A stretch of DNA of 64,000 nt, taken from positions 1-64,000 of the IMG/VR virus record IMGVR_UViG_3300033075_001328; one strand, written 5' to 3'. Below are positions 47,523 to 56,355 of this stretch, piece after piece. Each line of letters starts with the position of its first letter. Position 1 is the first letter of the stretch. Origin of the DNA: a virus. Its lineage: Duplodnaviria; Caudoviricetes. A program made the translations under genes and the position numbers. The notes beneath the pieces are model-generated. The model worked only from the letters and a program-made list of their open reading frames with translations, did no database searches and had not been told where the DNA came from.

Positions 47523-48650
47523 TTAAAGCCCTCCCATTAATTGTTCAATAGTAGCCTCTTGACGGCTTTTTGCACCATTGTTCGTATTGATAGGCTGCTC
47601 GCCACCGCTAGGTCTAGGCGAGTTATATATCCTGCTATACTCTTCGTGCAACTTTGACGTTGCTGTACTTACCGCAGAAGATATAATCTTGCCAAAATTC
47701 TGTATCATATACCTATTTTTGGCAGATTGCACCAGTTCTTGATAAGCAGCTTCATTATGCTGCACATTGAAGTTGATAGCCATTTCTTTTGCGTATTGCG
47801 CAATCTCTGCGGTATCTTGCTCGGTAAACTTGTAGTTGAACTCAAACTTCTTGTTACCAACTTTATTATCTGCGCCAAACGCGCTGTAACTCAATGGCAC
47901 ACTAAGTTTGGTTTCTGTCTTGGCTATTTCTGCCAACTTCTTGTCGTTGTTCCAAGCATTAACACGCTGCTCCTCTAGCTGTTGCAATTCAGCTTGACTT
48001 GCTTCCTGCGTTTGCACCTGTGGCGTTAAAGCCTGTCCACGCAGTTCATTGATTTTAGCTTCTGCCGATTTTGCATCCATTATCATTTGCGCCTCGCCAG
48101 CTAAACGGTCTTCGTCTTCGGCTAAAGGGCTTAATGAATAACGTTTGTCTATTACGGCATCGCGTTGTTCTTTTGAAAGCGTCGGGTGCGATAGTTCTAA
48201 CTCTAGGTCAACCTTCGCCCTTGCATCTAGCTTGCTTACATCCAAGGTGGCGAACTTTACCAGTGTTTCTGATGGAACGCCTTTTTGTAGTAAGTCGTAC
48301 AGTTTTACAAAGTTGTCGGCTTCGTACTTCTTAGCATTGTTTGCCGAAACCTGCAACGCCTGATACTCCTGCTCAAATTCATTTACAGGCTTGCCGAATT
48401 TTTTTGTAAATTCTTCCTCAAATGAAAATGTAGGTGTCTGTGTTGCGGCGGTGGGTTCTACGATTGGTTCGTCTGCCACCTCTGTAAGTTCCGCCTGCGA
48501 TTCAATAACAGGCGTTTCAGTAACTACCGTTTCCGTTACGATAGGAGTTTCGGTAGTGGTTTCGGGTGCTGTTACATTCTCTTGCGGAGTGTCGCTTCCC
48601 GAACTGTTTCCTGTCATTTCTTGCAGTATTTCTACTATGTCGTCTGCCAT
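47523..48650 (-). CDS. scaffold-like conserved protein
   Basis: Acidic Thr/Glu/Pro-rich N-terminus plus helical body between portal and MCP. Confidence 0.65.
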   Translation of the reverse strand: MADDIVEILQEMTGNSSGSDTPQENVTAPETTTETPIVTETVVTETPVIESQAELTEVADEPIVEPTAATQTPTFSFEEEFTKKFGKPVNEFEQEYQALQVSANNAKKYEADNFVKLYDLLQKGVPSETLVKFATLDVSKLDARAKVDLELELSHPTLSKEQRDAVIDKRYSLSPLAEDEDRLAGEAQMIMDAKSAEAKINELRGQALTPQVQTQEASQAELQQLEEQRVNAWNNDKKLAEIAKTETKLSVPLSYSAFGADNKVGNKKFEFNYKFTEQDTAEIAQYAKEMAINFNVQHNEAAYQELVQSAKNRYMIQNFGKIISSAVSTATSKLHEEYSRIYNSPRPSGGEQPINTNNGAKSRQEATIEQLMGGL

Positions 48651-48669
48651 ATAGTTAAAACGTTGATTA

Positions 48670-48706
48670 CAAATTTAAAAACAAATTCCGCTTAAAACAT
48701 AACTTT
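48670..48706 (-). promoter_or_regulatory. promoter (-7 TAAATTTG) with AAAGTTATGTTTTA motif
   Basis: TAnnTTTG at 48677-48670 upstream of scaffold/MCP. Confidence 0.55.
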
Positions 48707-48741
48707 AATAGAAAAAAGTTTGCGCTATGATTTACAGCACA

Positions 48742-51219
48742 TTATCTATCCAAAGCGGATTCAAACTGTTTCTCCCCTTTTTTAAGCTGCGAAGATGCCG
48801 TTTTTACCTGCACTTGGTTCTCTGTTTTAAGAGCCGTACTGGCTTCTAACAACCTTATATCCTCATTAATTTTGTGCGAATATAGCTTCGCTTCAATCTC
48901 TGCGTCAGCCTGCTTTTCTTGTAGCTTCATTTGCGATGCAGCCTGTTGGCTTTGTATGTTTGCCTCCGCTTGTGCTTGACTGTTTTGCTGCGCCTGCGCC
49001 TGCATTGTTTCTAGGTTTTTCCTTATTCGCTGCGCCATGATAGCCTGCACCAATAGTAAGTTTGTACCGCTGTTTATTAGATGCACTATATATAGGTAGT
49101 CGCTATACTGCAAACCGCCCTTTACTGGGTCGGCAGTATTTGTAACTGCTTGTTGGGCGGTCATTTTTAGCTCCATGCGCTCCTCTTCCGTAGGCAGTGC
49201 AATTATCTTCATGCCATAAGTAAAGGGGCTAACCTCACTTGTTACTTCTATACTCTTTGTTACATTTACCCCCAAGCTAGTAGCATAACCTTTGTAGTTG
49301 CCATTCTTAACTACAAGCCTCAATCCTTCTGCTATGTGTGTAGCCATCATTTCCTGCAAAAAGGTTACACCAAATGTAAGAGTACTGATAGAGTTTTGCG
49401 CACCATTTACAGCTATTTTAGCTGTACCAGCCAACATCTTAGGGTTAGGGGTAGAGGCATCCATCAATTCATTTACACCAGTTACTGCCCGCATGTTATT
49501 AGCATTACTGTCCATTAACAATAACCAAGCCTGTATATCATTGATAAGCCCGCTTGGCATTGCCTGTATAGGGTGCGGGTGGGGTTTGCCCGTATCATCT
49601 AGTGGGTTTTCGCTAGCCCATATCAACCTGCCCTGCTGCTCGTATAGTTCTATTTGATGCTTGATAGGAAACTCCTTGCCGTCTATCATGGCATTTTTTA
49701 ATGTAGTTATGTTGATTGAGTACCCCGAAGGAACTGCTTTAGCAATAGCGTTTTGTAGTTTCAACCAAGCTAATATATTCGCCTCTTCAAACGGCTGTAA
49801 GCGTTCATTTAAGGAACGGTTGGTTATGCGTACATATTTTATTGGGCAAAGTGCTTTTTTAGGGTCTTTGGGGTCGCGACCAAGAAAATCAACTGGCCCA
49901 TAGTTATATATATACTCTGTATTTGGAATCCATTTTGCCTGATAATACCTATGCACATCGCTAGCATATACATACTTTTCGCGCGTTTTACCATTGGCTA
50001 TATATTTAGACTTACCCAACTCTTCCTCGATATAGGTTTTTTTGCCTATCATTTGCTTGTAGTTAGGGTTACGCTTCATATAAGCCGCACCTGCATCTGT
50101 GTTTAAAAATGCTTCATTTATAGTGCGCATACCGCCATAATCTACTGGCTTGGTATAGGTTTCGCCGTCCACTACCTCACGCTTGTATTTGAACCTGTCT
50201 GTTTCTTCCCAATACAGCGTAATAACAGGTATATTAAAGTTCATCCAATAATTGTATGGCGTATCGGTATTGATATATTGGTAGTTAAATGAGTTGGGGA
50301 ACTGAAACGTTCCATTGCCAAACTTGTTACTATAGCTTTTAGCTATATTCATATAGTCTTGGTCTGACAACTCATCTCCAGCCTCTGCTTTTAATTGCGC
50401 CAATGTTATGGTTGTTACATAGCCGATACGCTCAGGAGTTTCCAAATAGTGTCCCCTGAATGGCGGGTATATCAAGTTGCATATATCTACATACCTTGTC
50501 CTTATGCGCTCTGTTACCCTATCATAAAACACTTCTGTAGCACATGCGCCGTTGTCGAACAAATCCTCTAACAGCATGCGCTTTATCATGCGCCAGTTGC
50601 TTTCGCTCAAAACCAACTCATTGCCTAACTCTATTTCTAGCTCACACCTCATTTTTTGGGTCAAGCCATATAGCACATCGAGTTCTTCTTTGGTGTTAAA
50701 GTCAAAGTCAAGCTCAGGCATAGCAAATAGCTTTGCCCCAGCCTCGGCTTCTTTCATGTCCGCCCACGCCTTTAGCTGTTTTGCAGCATACAACTTCCAT
50801 TTAGCTTCCTCTTTAGCATCTACAGCTTCGGGGTTAATTGCAGTAGCCTGAACTTCATATTCTAACTTTTCTATGTAATTGATAACTATATCTCTAAACT
50901 TAGGTATCAACGTTACAGGCTTGAGGTCTAGGTTTAAATACGTGGCAGCTTCGCCGCGCTCATCCTTTAAGCCAGATATTTTTGGTATAAAGCGTTGCAT
51001 GTTGGGATTACCGTCTGCCCACGTCCTATTCTCTATCCAGTCATTTCTTCGCGCATTACCGAAAGCATTTAATCCGCTTGCCACGTTCCAGTTATACCAA
51101 TAGGTAGCCCTACACATTTGTAGGCAATATTCTTTCCCTTTTTTTGATGGGTCGAGTTCTTCGGGGAAGAAATGTGGCTTATTGTCAGGTGGTTTTGGTA
51201 ACGAGTTGTCTTGTGCCAT
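48742..51219 (-). CDS. portal protein (crAss-like, 825 aa)
   Basis: LIPKFRDIV, VQATAINP, LEIELGNE, YYQAKWIPNT, MRAVTGVNE, Gln-rich crown. Confidence 0.88.
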   Translation of the reverse strand: MAQDNSLPKPPDNKPHFFPEELDPSKKGKEYCLQMCRATYWYNWNVASGLNAFGNARRNDWIENRTWADGNPNMQRFIPKISGLKDERGEAATYLNLDLKPVTLIPKFRDIVINYIEKLEYEVQATAINPEAVDAKEEAKWKLYAAKQLKAWADMKEAEAGAKLFAMPELDFDFNTKEELDVLYGLTQKMRCELEIELGNELVLSESNWRMIKRMLLEDLFDNGACATEVFYDRVTERIRTRYVDICNLIYPPFRGHYLETPERIGYVTTITLAQLKAEAGDELSDQDYMNIAKSYSNKFGNGTFQFPNSFNYQYINTDTPYNYWMNFNIPVITLYWEETDRFKYKREVVDGETYTKPVDYGGMRTINEAFLNTDAGAAYMKRNPNYKQMIGKKTYIEEELGKSKYIANGKTREKYVYASDVHRYYQAKWIPNTEYIYNYGPVDFLGRDPKDPKKALCPIKYVRITNRSLNERLQPFEEANILAWLKLQNAIAKAVPSGYSINITTLKNAMIDGKEFPIKHQIELYEQQGRLIWASENPLDDTGKPHPHPIQAMPSGLINDIQAWLLLMDSNANNMRAVTGVNELMDASTPNPKMLAGTAKIAVNGAQNSISTLTFGVTFLQEMMATHIAEGLRLVVKNGNYKGYATSLGVNVTKSIEVTSEVSPFTYGMKIIALPTEEERMELKMTAQQAVTNTADPVKGGLQYSDYLYIVHLINSGTNLLLVQAIMAQRIRKNLETMQAQAQQNSQAQAEANIQSQQAASQMKLQEKQADAEIEAKLYSHKINEDIRLLEASTALKTENQVQVKTASSQLKKGEKQFESALDR

Positions 51220-51239
51220 AGATTTTCAGCAAATTAAAA

Positions 51240-51291
51240 CAAAGGTACTAAAATTTAACTTTGATTATAACACTTCAATTAGTTACATTTG
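51240..51291. promoter_or_regulatory. divergent Bacteroidota promoters (portal / 51332 gene)
   Basis: Minus TACCTTTG 51247-51240; plus TTTG(51260)-N20-TACATTTG(51284-91). Confidence 0.7.
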
Positions 51292-51331
51292 CTTACTTGA
51301 AGTATTACTTTAACTCAAAACAATAACAAAA

Positions 51332-51832
51332 ATGGCAAACGCACAATTTTATCCCGATTCGCTCGCCCTTGCAATAAATACAGTACCAGTAAACGAGCCT
51401 CAATTTTCAGACCTAAACGTTAAGAATTTCGTTTGGGTACAAGCTACTACCGCTTCTATCAATGGCGGCGCAGCGCAACCCGTGTTTGAACTGTACTATC
51501 AAGAAACAAATGCACTTGACTTAAGCGTATACCTATTCCCTAGGGGCGCAAACCAAGGCATAGACGATTTCGTGTCAGTACTGAATACGTGGTGTCCCGT
51601 AAACAACATGACAAAATACACTCAATGGGTACAACTAAACGACAGTTTCGAGTTCCCGCAAAAAGATGTATTGATTAACGACGACCTAGTAACGCGCCGC
51701 CGCTACGATTCTCACACCAACTATACCACTATATACGTTGGCTACCGTCAAGAGTTGATAGATGCAAGGTTCAAGGTAGTTGGCGACCAAGAGCGCGGCT
51801 ATATTTTCTACGGATACTACGGCTACGTATAG
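51332..51832 (+). CDS. hypothetical protein in its own transcription unit, possibly an abundant virion accessory
   Basis: Own promoter and terminator; frequent TTC/TAC/AAC codons; aromatic C-terminus YIFYGYYGYV. Confidence 0.7.
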   Translation: MANAQFYPDSLALAINTVPVNEPQFSDLNVKNFVWVQATTASINGGAAQPVFELYYQETNALDLSVYLFPRGANQGIDDFVSVLNTWCPVNNMTKYTQWVQLNDSFEFPQKDVLINDDLVTRRRYDSHTNYTTIYVGYRQELIDARFKVVGDQERGYIFYGYYGYV

Positions 51833-51864
51833 GCTTTCACTTTTTTACTTCATAGAATGGGTTT

Positions 51865-51894
51865 GGGGTGGCAATTTTGCTGCCCCTTTCTTTT
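51865..51894 (+). terminator. intrinsic terminator
   Basis: GGGGTGGCA/TGCTGCCCC stem plus TTTCTTTT. Confidence 0.7.
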
Positions 51895-51925
51895 GTAATT
51901 AAGTTTAAAACTTTATTTTAGCCCC

Positions 51926-53737
51926 ATGAACGTAATAGTACTTATTGCTACTGGCAGGCGAGAATGGGGGGATATGTCGTTAAACCTAGCATTGTCAATA
52001 AAAGCCAACAATCCACGACAAAAAATAGCTTTAATACACACTGAATCCGCAATAGCAGGGTTAGAGCCTCTAATAAAGCTCGTTTTTGACTTTCAGTACT
52101 TGGTACACAGAAGCGACTTCACAACGGCTTATGAGCATGCTTTCTGCCTTAAAACAGAGCTATATAATATATCGGTGCAGATGTGCCCGTCAGCCACAGC
52201 TTTTATTTACTTGGATAGCGACGTGATAATGATTGCGGGCAAAGACCCCGCCCAATGGTTTGAGGAGCATAAGGACAGGGAGTTTACTAGCTATTGCAAT
52301 GATATATACGACTACAAAACAGGGCTTCGTTCACGTCCCGACTACAAGTTTTGGTGTAACCCAGAAGAGGCAGCCGCTTATTTTGGTATAAGCGAAACGG
52401 CTAAGATGCCACAGATAAATACCTCGTTTATTTACTTTAAACCTAGCCCCACAGTAAAGGAGTTTTTTGATTTGGCTATAGAAGTATGGAAGGATGAAGG
52501 ATTTGGCGCATACGAAGATTATAAGGGCGCAAAGCCTGATGAGTTTTGTTTCAATGTGGCGGCGGCAAAGTCAGGGTTGCTGCCCCACCAAACAACTTAC
52601 CGACCTATATTTTTTAGGTTTGCTTCCGAAAATACAGAAGAAGAATACATACAGCAGTACTATAAAGCATTTGGTTTTGCGGGGAAAATGGCTTACACAC
52701 AACCCCTTATTGACTGGTATAACCGAGCAGTTGCCTATTATAGAAAAGGCTATGGACTTAGAACCATGTTTGAGTTCAGTAAGGAAACTAAAAATGCTAA
52801 AGACGATAATCAGATAAAGCTAAAATGCAAGGTGCGCACGTTGTTTCGAGAAGGCGAGGTGGAAAATAGCAACGGTGGTATATTTAATCCTAGTGGTGTG
52901 ATTTCCAGTCAAGGTACGGAAATAATCCTTTTCAGGAAAGAGAAAAATATGGATGTTTATAAGCGTAAATATTCTCACAACACCGCTATACCGCACTTGG
53001 TATATGCTAATGGCAAAGACTGTGAAGTCAATATTACAGGATTGCCCAAGGATGTAAGGGTTGAAGACTTTAGGCTTGTGCCAAATTCTTTCCTCAAAAA
53101 TTCTCCGATTCCATTCGAGAACTATTTGTGCACGTTTTCTCTTATAGAAAACAATCAGCAAGATTCAATGACTTGCAAAATAGGAGTAGCTAGATTAGGA
53201 AGTGCCATAAGTTTCCCTTTCATTTCAACCATTGAGTTGGATAGGTCTGTAAATAAGGTAGAAAAAAACTGGTCAGTAATATGCAATGGCGAAGATATGT
53301 ATGTCATATATAGCCTTTCTCCTTATAAGGTATTTAAGTTTAACGACGACAAAAAAATTTTCTGCGAGCTTGCAATTAAAGAACCGAACCTTCGCTGGTT
53401 TCACCACGGGCAGTTTATTTGCAACAGCACCCACCCCGTACTAATTGATGGCTACTACCTAATGTTTTTCCATACAAAGGAGAATATGGTTTATTACCAC
53501 GGCGCAGTATTGATAAACGCCGAAACCTTAGAGATAGAATATTATACTAAGAATAGCATTGAACTACCCTTGCGCAATGACGGTATGCACAAAGGGTTAC
53601 ATTATGTAAGTGGGTGTGCTTATGTGGCGGCAACAGATTCTGTAAGGCTGTACGTAGGTGAAAATGATAGCCACTCGGTTACGGTTGATTTTGACAAGAA
53701 CGAATTATTTACTGCTATAAAAAAGAATAAAGCATGA
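51926..53737 (+). CDS. fusion of GT-A glycosyltransferase and 5-bladed beta-propeller (GH130/GT91-like EKNW) domain
   Basis: IYLDSDV (DxD), INTSFIYF, PDEFCFNVA; then FNPS, EDFRL, EKNW, YYLMFFH, YVSG..YVGEND. Confidence 0.7.
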   Translation: MNVIVLIATGRREWGDMSLNLALSIKANNPRQKIALIHTESAIAGLEPLIKLVFDFQYLVHRSDFTTAYEHAFCLKTELYNISVQMCPSATAFIYLDSDVIMIAGKDPAQWFEEHKDREFTSYCNDIYDYKTGLRSRPDYKFWCNPEEAAAYFGISETAKMPQINTSFIYFKPSPTVKEFFDLAIEVWKDEGFGAYEDYKGAKPDEFCFNVAAAKSGLLPHQTTYRPIFFRFASENTEEEYIQQYYKAFGFAGKMAYTQPLIDWYNRAVAYYRKGYGLRTMFEFSKETKNAKDDNQIKLKCKVRTLFREGEVENSNGGIFNPSGVISSQGTEIILFRKEKNMDVYKRKYSHNTAIPHLVYANGKDCEVNITGLPKDVRVEDFRLVPNSFLKNSPIPFENYLCTFSLIENNQQDSMTCKIGVARLGSAISFPFISTIELDRSVNKVEKNWSVICNGEDMYVIYSLSPYKVFKFNDDKKIFCELAIKEPNLRWFHHGQFICNSTHPVLIDGYYLMFFHTKENMVYYHGAVLINAETLEIEYYTKNSIELPLRNDGMHKGLHYVSGCAYVAATDSVRLYVGENDSHSVTVDFDKNELFTAIKKNKA

Positions 53738-54363
53738 GCTTACTAGAAGATAAATTGCCATACCTATTGCAAATGCACGGCTGGTGCACAGAAGATAAAA
53801 TGCGCCACTTGTACGGGTTGGTTATAAAGCATCACGAGGATAACCCTAATATAACCCCAGTGAGCGTTGAGTTGGGCGTATTTGCAGGCAGAAGCGCACT
53901 TCCTATGGCAATAGCGCACAAAGAAATAAACAAGGGCTATTTGGTAGCTATTGACGCTTGGACAGTAGAAGCTACACAGGAAGGCAGCAATAGCAAGGAA
54001 AACGACGAATGGTGGGCAAGCCTGTCTAACATTGGACAGATGTTTGATTACTTCCATAAATCAATAGAAGCGTTAGAAGTAGGCGGAAGGGTGTCGGTAA
54101 TAAAAGAAAAAGCAGAAGATGTTGCCCCTAGGGTTGCTGATAGTTCAATTACTCTTTTGCATATTGACGGAAACCACTCAGAGGAAAAGAGTTGTCAAGA
54201 TGTAGAGCTATGGCTGCCAAAGGTTGTTGGCGGAGGTTATATAGTGCTTGACGACACGGGTTGGGCTACGGTTAAAAAGGCATATAATATGCTAAAGGCG
54301 GTGTGCGACATCGAGTTTGAAAAAGAAGGAGAGAATAGTTATACAGTATTTAAAAAGAAGTAG
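53734..54363 (+). CDS. class I SAM-dependent methyltransferase (Methyltransf_24-like)
   Basis: VELGVFAGRS, AIDAW, LLHIDGNHSEE, GGYIVLDD. Confidence 0.88.
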   Translation: MSLLEDKLPYLLQMHGWCTEDKMRHLYGLVIKHHEDNPNITPVSVELGVFAGRSALPMAIAHKEINKGYLVAIDAWTVEATQEGSNSKENDEWWASLSNIGQMFDYFHKSIEALEVGGRVSVIKEKAEDVAPRVADSSITLLHIDGNHSEEKSCQDVELWLPKVVGGGYIVLDDTGWATVKKAYNMLKAVCDIEFEKEGENSYTVFKKK

Positions 54364-55344
54364 ATGCTTACAATAGGGTATATAAGTTGCAGGAAAGAGA
54401 ACCTTTTCAAATGGTTTGCAGACAGTTTAAACATACAGCTTTATGGGATGCCTATACAATTAGTGGTGGTTGACTATTGGTTGGACGAAGAACGCTCTGC
54501 TTACTACAAGTCCCTTTTTAGTACGATACAGGTTGATTGCGTAAAACCTTTGCCTACATACATTCAGGGCGATAATATGATTACTTCTAAGCCATACTTT
54601 AGCGCGTCTGCTGCCCGCAATGCTGTCTATGTGCATGCTATACACGGTCAAGTGGCTTTTGTTGACGACCTTTCCGTGTTGAGCGATAATTGGCTATTTC
54701 AAGTGCAAAGTTGTTTGAATGATAACAATGTAGTTACGTTAGGAGCATACCAAAAGCACCGTAACATGGTAGTACGGGACGGCAAAATCATAAGCTCAGA
54801 AGTAGAATCTACAGATAGCCGTTTTCAATTCGCACCGCAGGGCGGTAAAATTACTGGCTTCGCATCTTGGTTTTACGGTTGCAGCTTTGTGCATAGCCTA
54901 GAGTTAGCCTTGCGCGTAAACGGTTTTGACCATATAGCCGACATAAGCGGTTACGAAGATTGCATACAGGGTATTAGGCTAGAAAAGGCGGGCGCAACTT
55001 TCATATACAACACAAATATGCTCACCATAGAAAGCCATGAGCATCACTTTACAGAAGGAAATGTATTTGCTCGCGCAGATGATGAAATACACGAGCAAGA
55101 ATACGGTAGGCTTCTTTTCGACTATGGTATTAAACATTCACAATATCCCAAAGGAACAAGGCGCGACCAATCTCACGCACTATTAGATATAACCATGCAA
55201 AGCCCTAAATATACCGCCCACGTAAACAAATTCAACCTTCGCGAATTAAGAGCGAAACGTGAGCGTGGCGAAGAAATTACTATTGAGGATATGCAGCACG
55301 GCGATGTACATTGGTTCAACAAAAAGCCGTATTCTGAGTATTAG
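54364..55344 (+). CDS. GT-A (GT2-like) glycosyltransferase
   Basis: LVVVD, SAARN, AFVDDLSVL, VNGFD, GYEDCIQGIRL. Confidence 0.75.
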   Translation: MLTIGYISCRKENLFKWFADSLNIQLYGMPIQLVVVDYWLDEERSAYYKSLFSTIQVDCVKPLPTYIQGDNMITSKPYFSASAARNAVYVHAIHGQVAFVDDLSVLSDNWLFQVQSCLNDNNVVTLGAYQKHRNMVVRDGKIISSEVESTDSRFQFAPQGGKITGFASWFYGCSFVHSLELALRVNGFDHIADISGYEDCIQGIRLEKAGATFIYNTNMLTIESHEHHFTEGNVFARADDEIHEQEYGRLLFDYGIKHSQYPKGTRRDQSHALLDITMQSPKYTAHVNKFNLRELRAKRERGEEITIEDMQHGDVHWFNKKPYSEY

Positions 55345-56009
55345 GCATTAACAGCCTTTGCATATATCTTTGAAATTCTATCTGGAGAAAACTTAGCCCC
55401 CCTTGCGCCCCTGTACTGACCCTTATTAAGCTGCATGGCAATGTTTAAGTTATCCTTACCTTGAGTGCGCAGCATAAATACCAATGCCTGCACTTGTGCA
55501 TTTTGGCTATCTATGGCTTGTTCTTTACGCGCTTCTACGCTAGCAATTACCGCCTTTTTCTGTGCTTCTAGTATGTTCGGGTTTCCAAGTTTAGCACCTT
55601 GGCGTTTCTTTTCAGCTAGGGCAGACTTTGTCCTATCGCTTATCAACTTAGCTTCATATTCAGCTACCGCAGCTAGGATGTTCAATGTAAATTTGTTTGC
55701 CTGCGGGAAGTCGCAGAACACTACCTCTATCTTAGAATTAAGCACAGAAGATATAAACTGAACGTCCCTCGCAAGCCTATCCAGTTTAGCTACAATAAGC
55801 GTAGCCCCTTCATCCTTACATTGCTGCAAGGCTTTGTATATCTCAACGCGCTTGCGTTTAGCAGTGCCAGTTTCTACCTCTACATACTCAGTAGTTATTG
55901 GCGCGTCTTTTACGTACTCGCTGATAATATGGCGTTGTGCATCCAAGCCCAAGCCAGACTTGCCCTGCTTTTGGGTACTTACTCGTAGATAGCTAATGTA
56001 TGTTTTCAT
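55341..56009 (-). CDS. serine recombinase (resolvase/invertase family)
   Basis: YLRVSTQKQGKSGLGLDAQR (catalytic Ser), LIVAKLDRLAR, EAKLISDRTKSAL. Confidence 0.95.
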   Translation of the reverse strand: MKTYISYLRVSTQKQGKSGLGLDAQRHIISEYVKDAPITTEYVEVETGTAKRKRVEIYKALQQCKDEGATLIVAKLDRLARDVQFISSVLNSKIEVVFCDFPQANKFTLNILAAVAEYEAKLISDRTKSALAEKKRQGAKLGNPNILEAQKKAVIASVEARKEQAIDSQNAQVQALVFMLRTQGKDNLNIAMQLNKGQYRGARGAKFSPDRISKIYAKAVNA

Positions 56010-56013
56010 ATCA

Positions 56014-56060
56014 CAAAGTTAAGTTTAAAACTTTACTTTCCAAAAATATTTTTACCTTTG
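56014..56060. promoter_or_regulatory. divergent -7 boxes between resolvase and XRE
   Basis: Minus TAACTTTG 56021-56014; plus TACCTTTG 56053-60; palindrome AAGTTT-A-AAACTT between them. Confidence 0.6.
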
Positions 56061-56064
56061 GGGT

Positions 56065-56355
56065 ATGGGAAATAAAGATAGGTCGCCATTAGGTGAGGCG
56101 ATTTTAGGTGTATGTAGGGAGCGAAACGTATCGCAAAGGCAGATGGCAGATGATATTGGCGTTAAGAAGGAATACCTTAATAATGTCATTAACGGATATG
56201 CGCAACCTTCATTGGATATGCTTATTAAAATAGCTACTATTAACGATAAGGCACTTATAATTGAGTTTGCAGAAAAAGGAGATGGAGTGCCAAACTATCA
56301 AGGTATAGCACACCCAAAAAAGCGTAAAAAGAAACCATTTGACGGAACTTTCTAG
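56065..56355 (+). CDS. XRE-family HTH regulator
   Basis: NVSQRQMADDIGVKKEYLNNVINGYAQPSLDMLIKIA. Confidence 0.88.
   Translation: MGNKDRSPLGEAILGVCRERNVSQRQMADDIGVKKEYLNNVINGYAQPSLDMLIKIATINDKALIIEFAEKGDGVPNYQGIAHPKKRKKKPFDGTF

Noticed and set aside
27489-50851. Many plus-strand ORFs antisense to structural genes (for example 28551..29096, 40220..40666, 46491..46805)
   Set aside because: They are shadow frames of long minus-strand genes, with no recognisable motifs or promoters.
51926-55344. DNA hypermodification role for the glycosyltransferases
   Set aside because: Ranked lower rather than excluded: no TET/JBP, dCMP hydroxymethylase or phage DNA polymerase is in the window, and the genes sit in the virion module.
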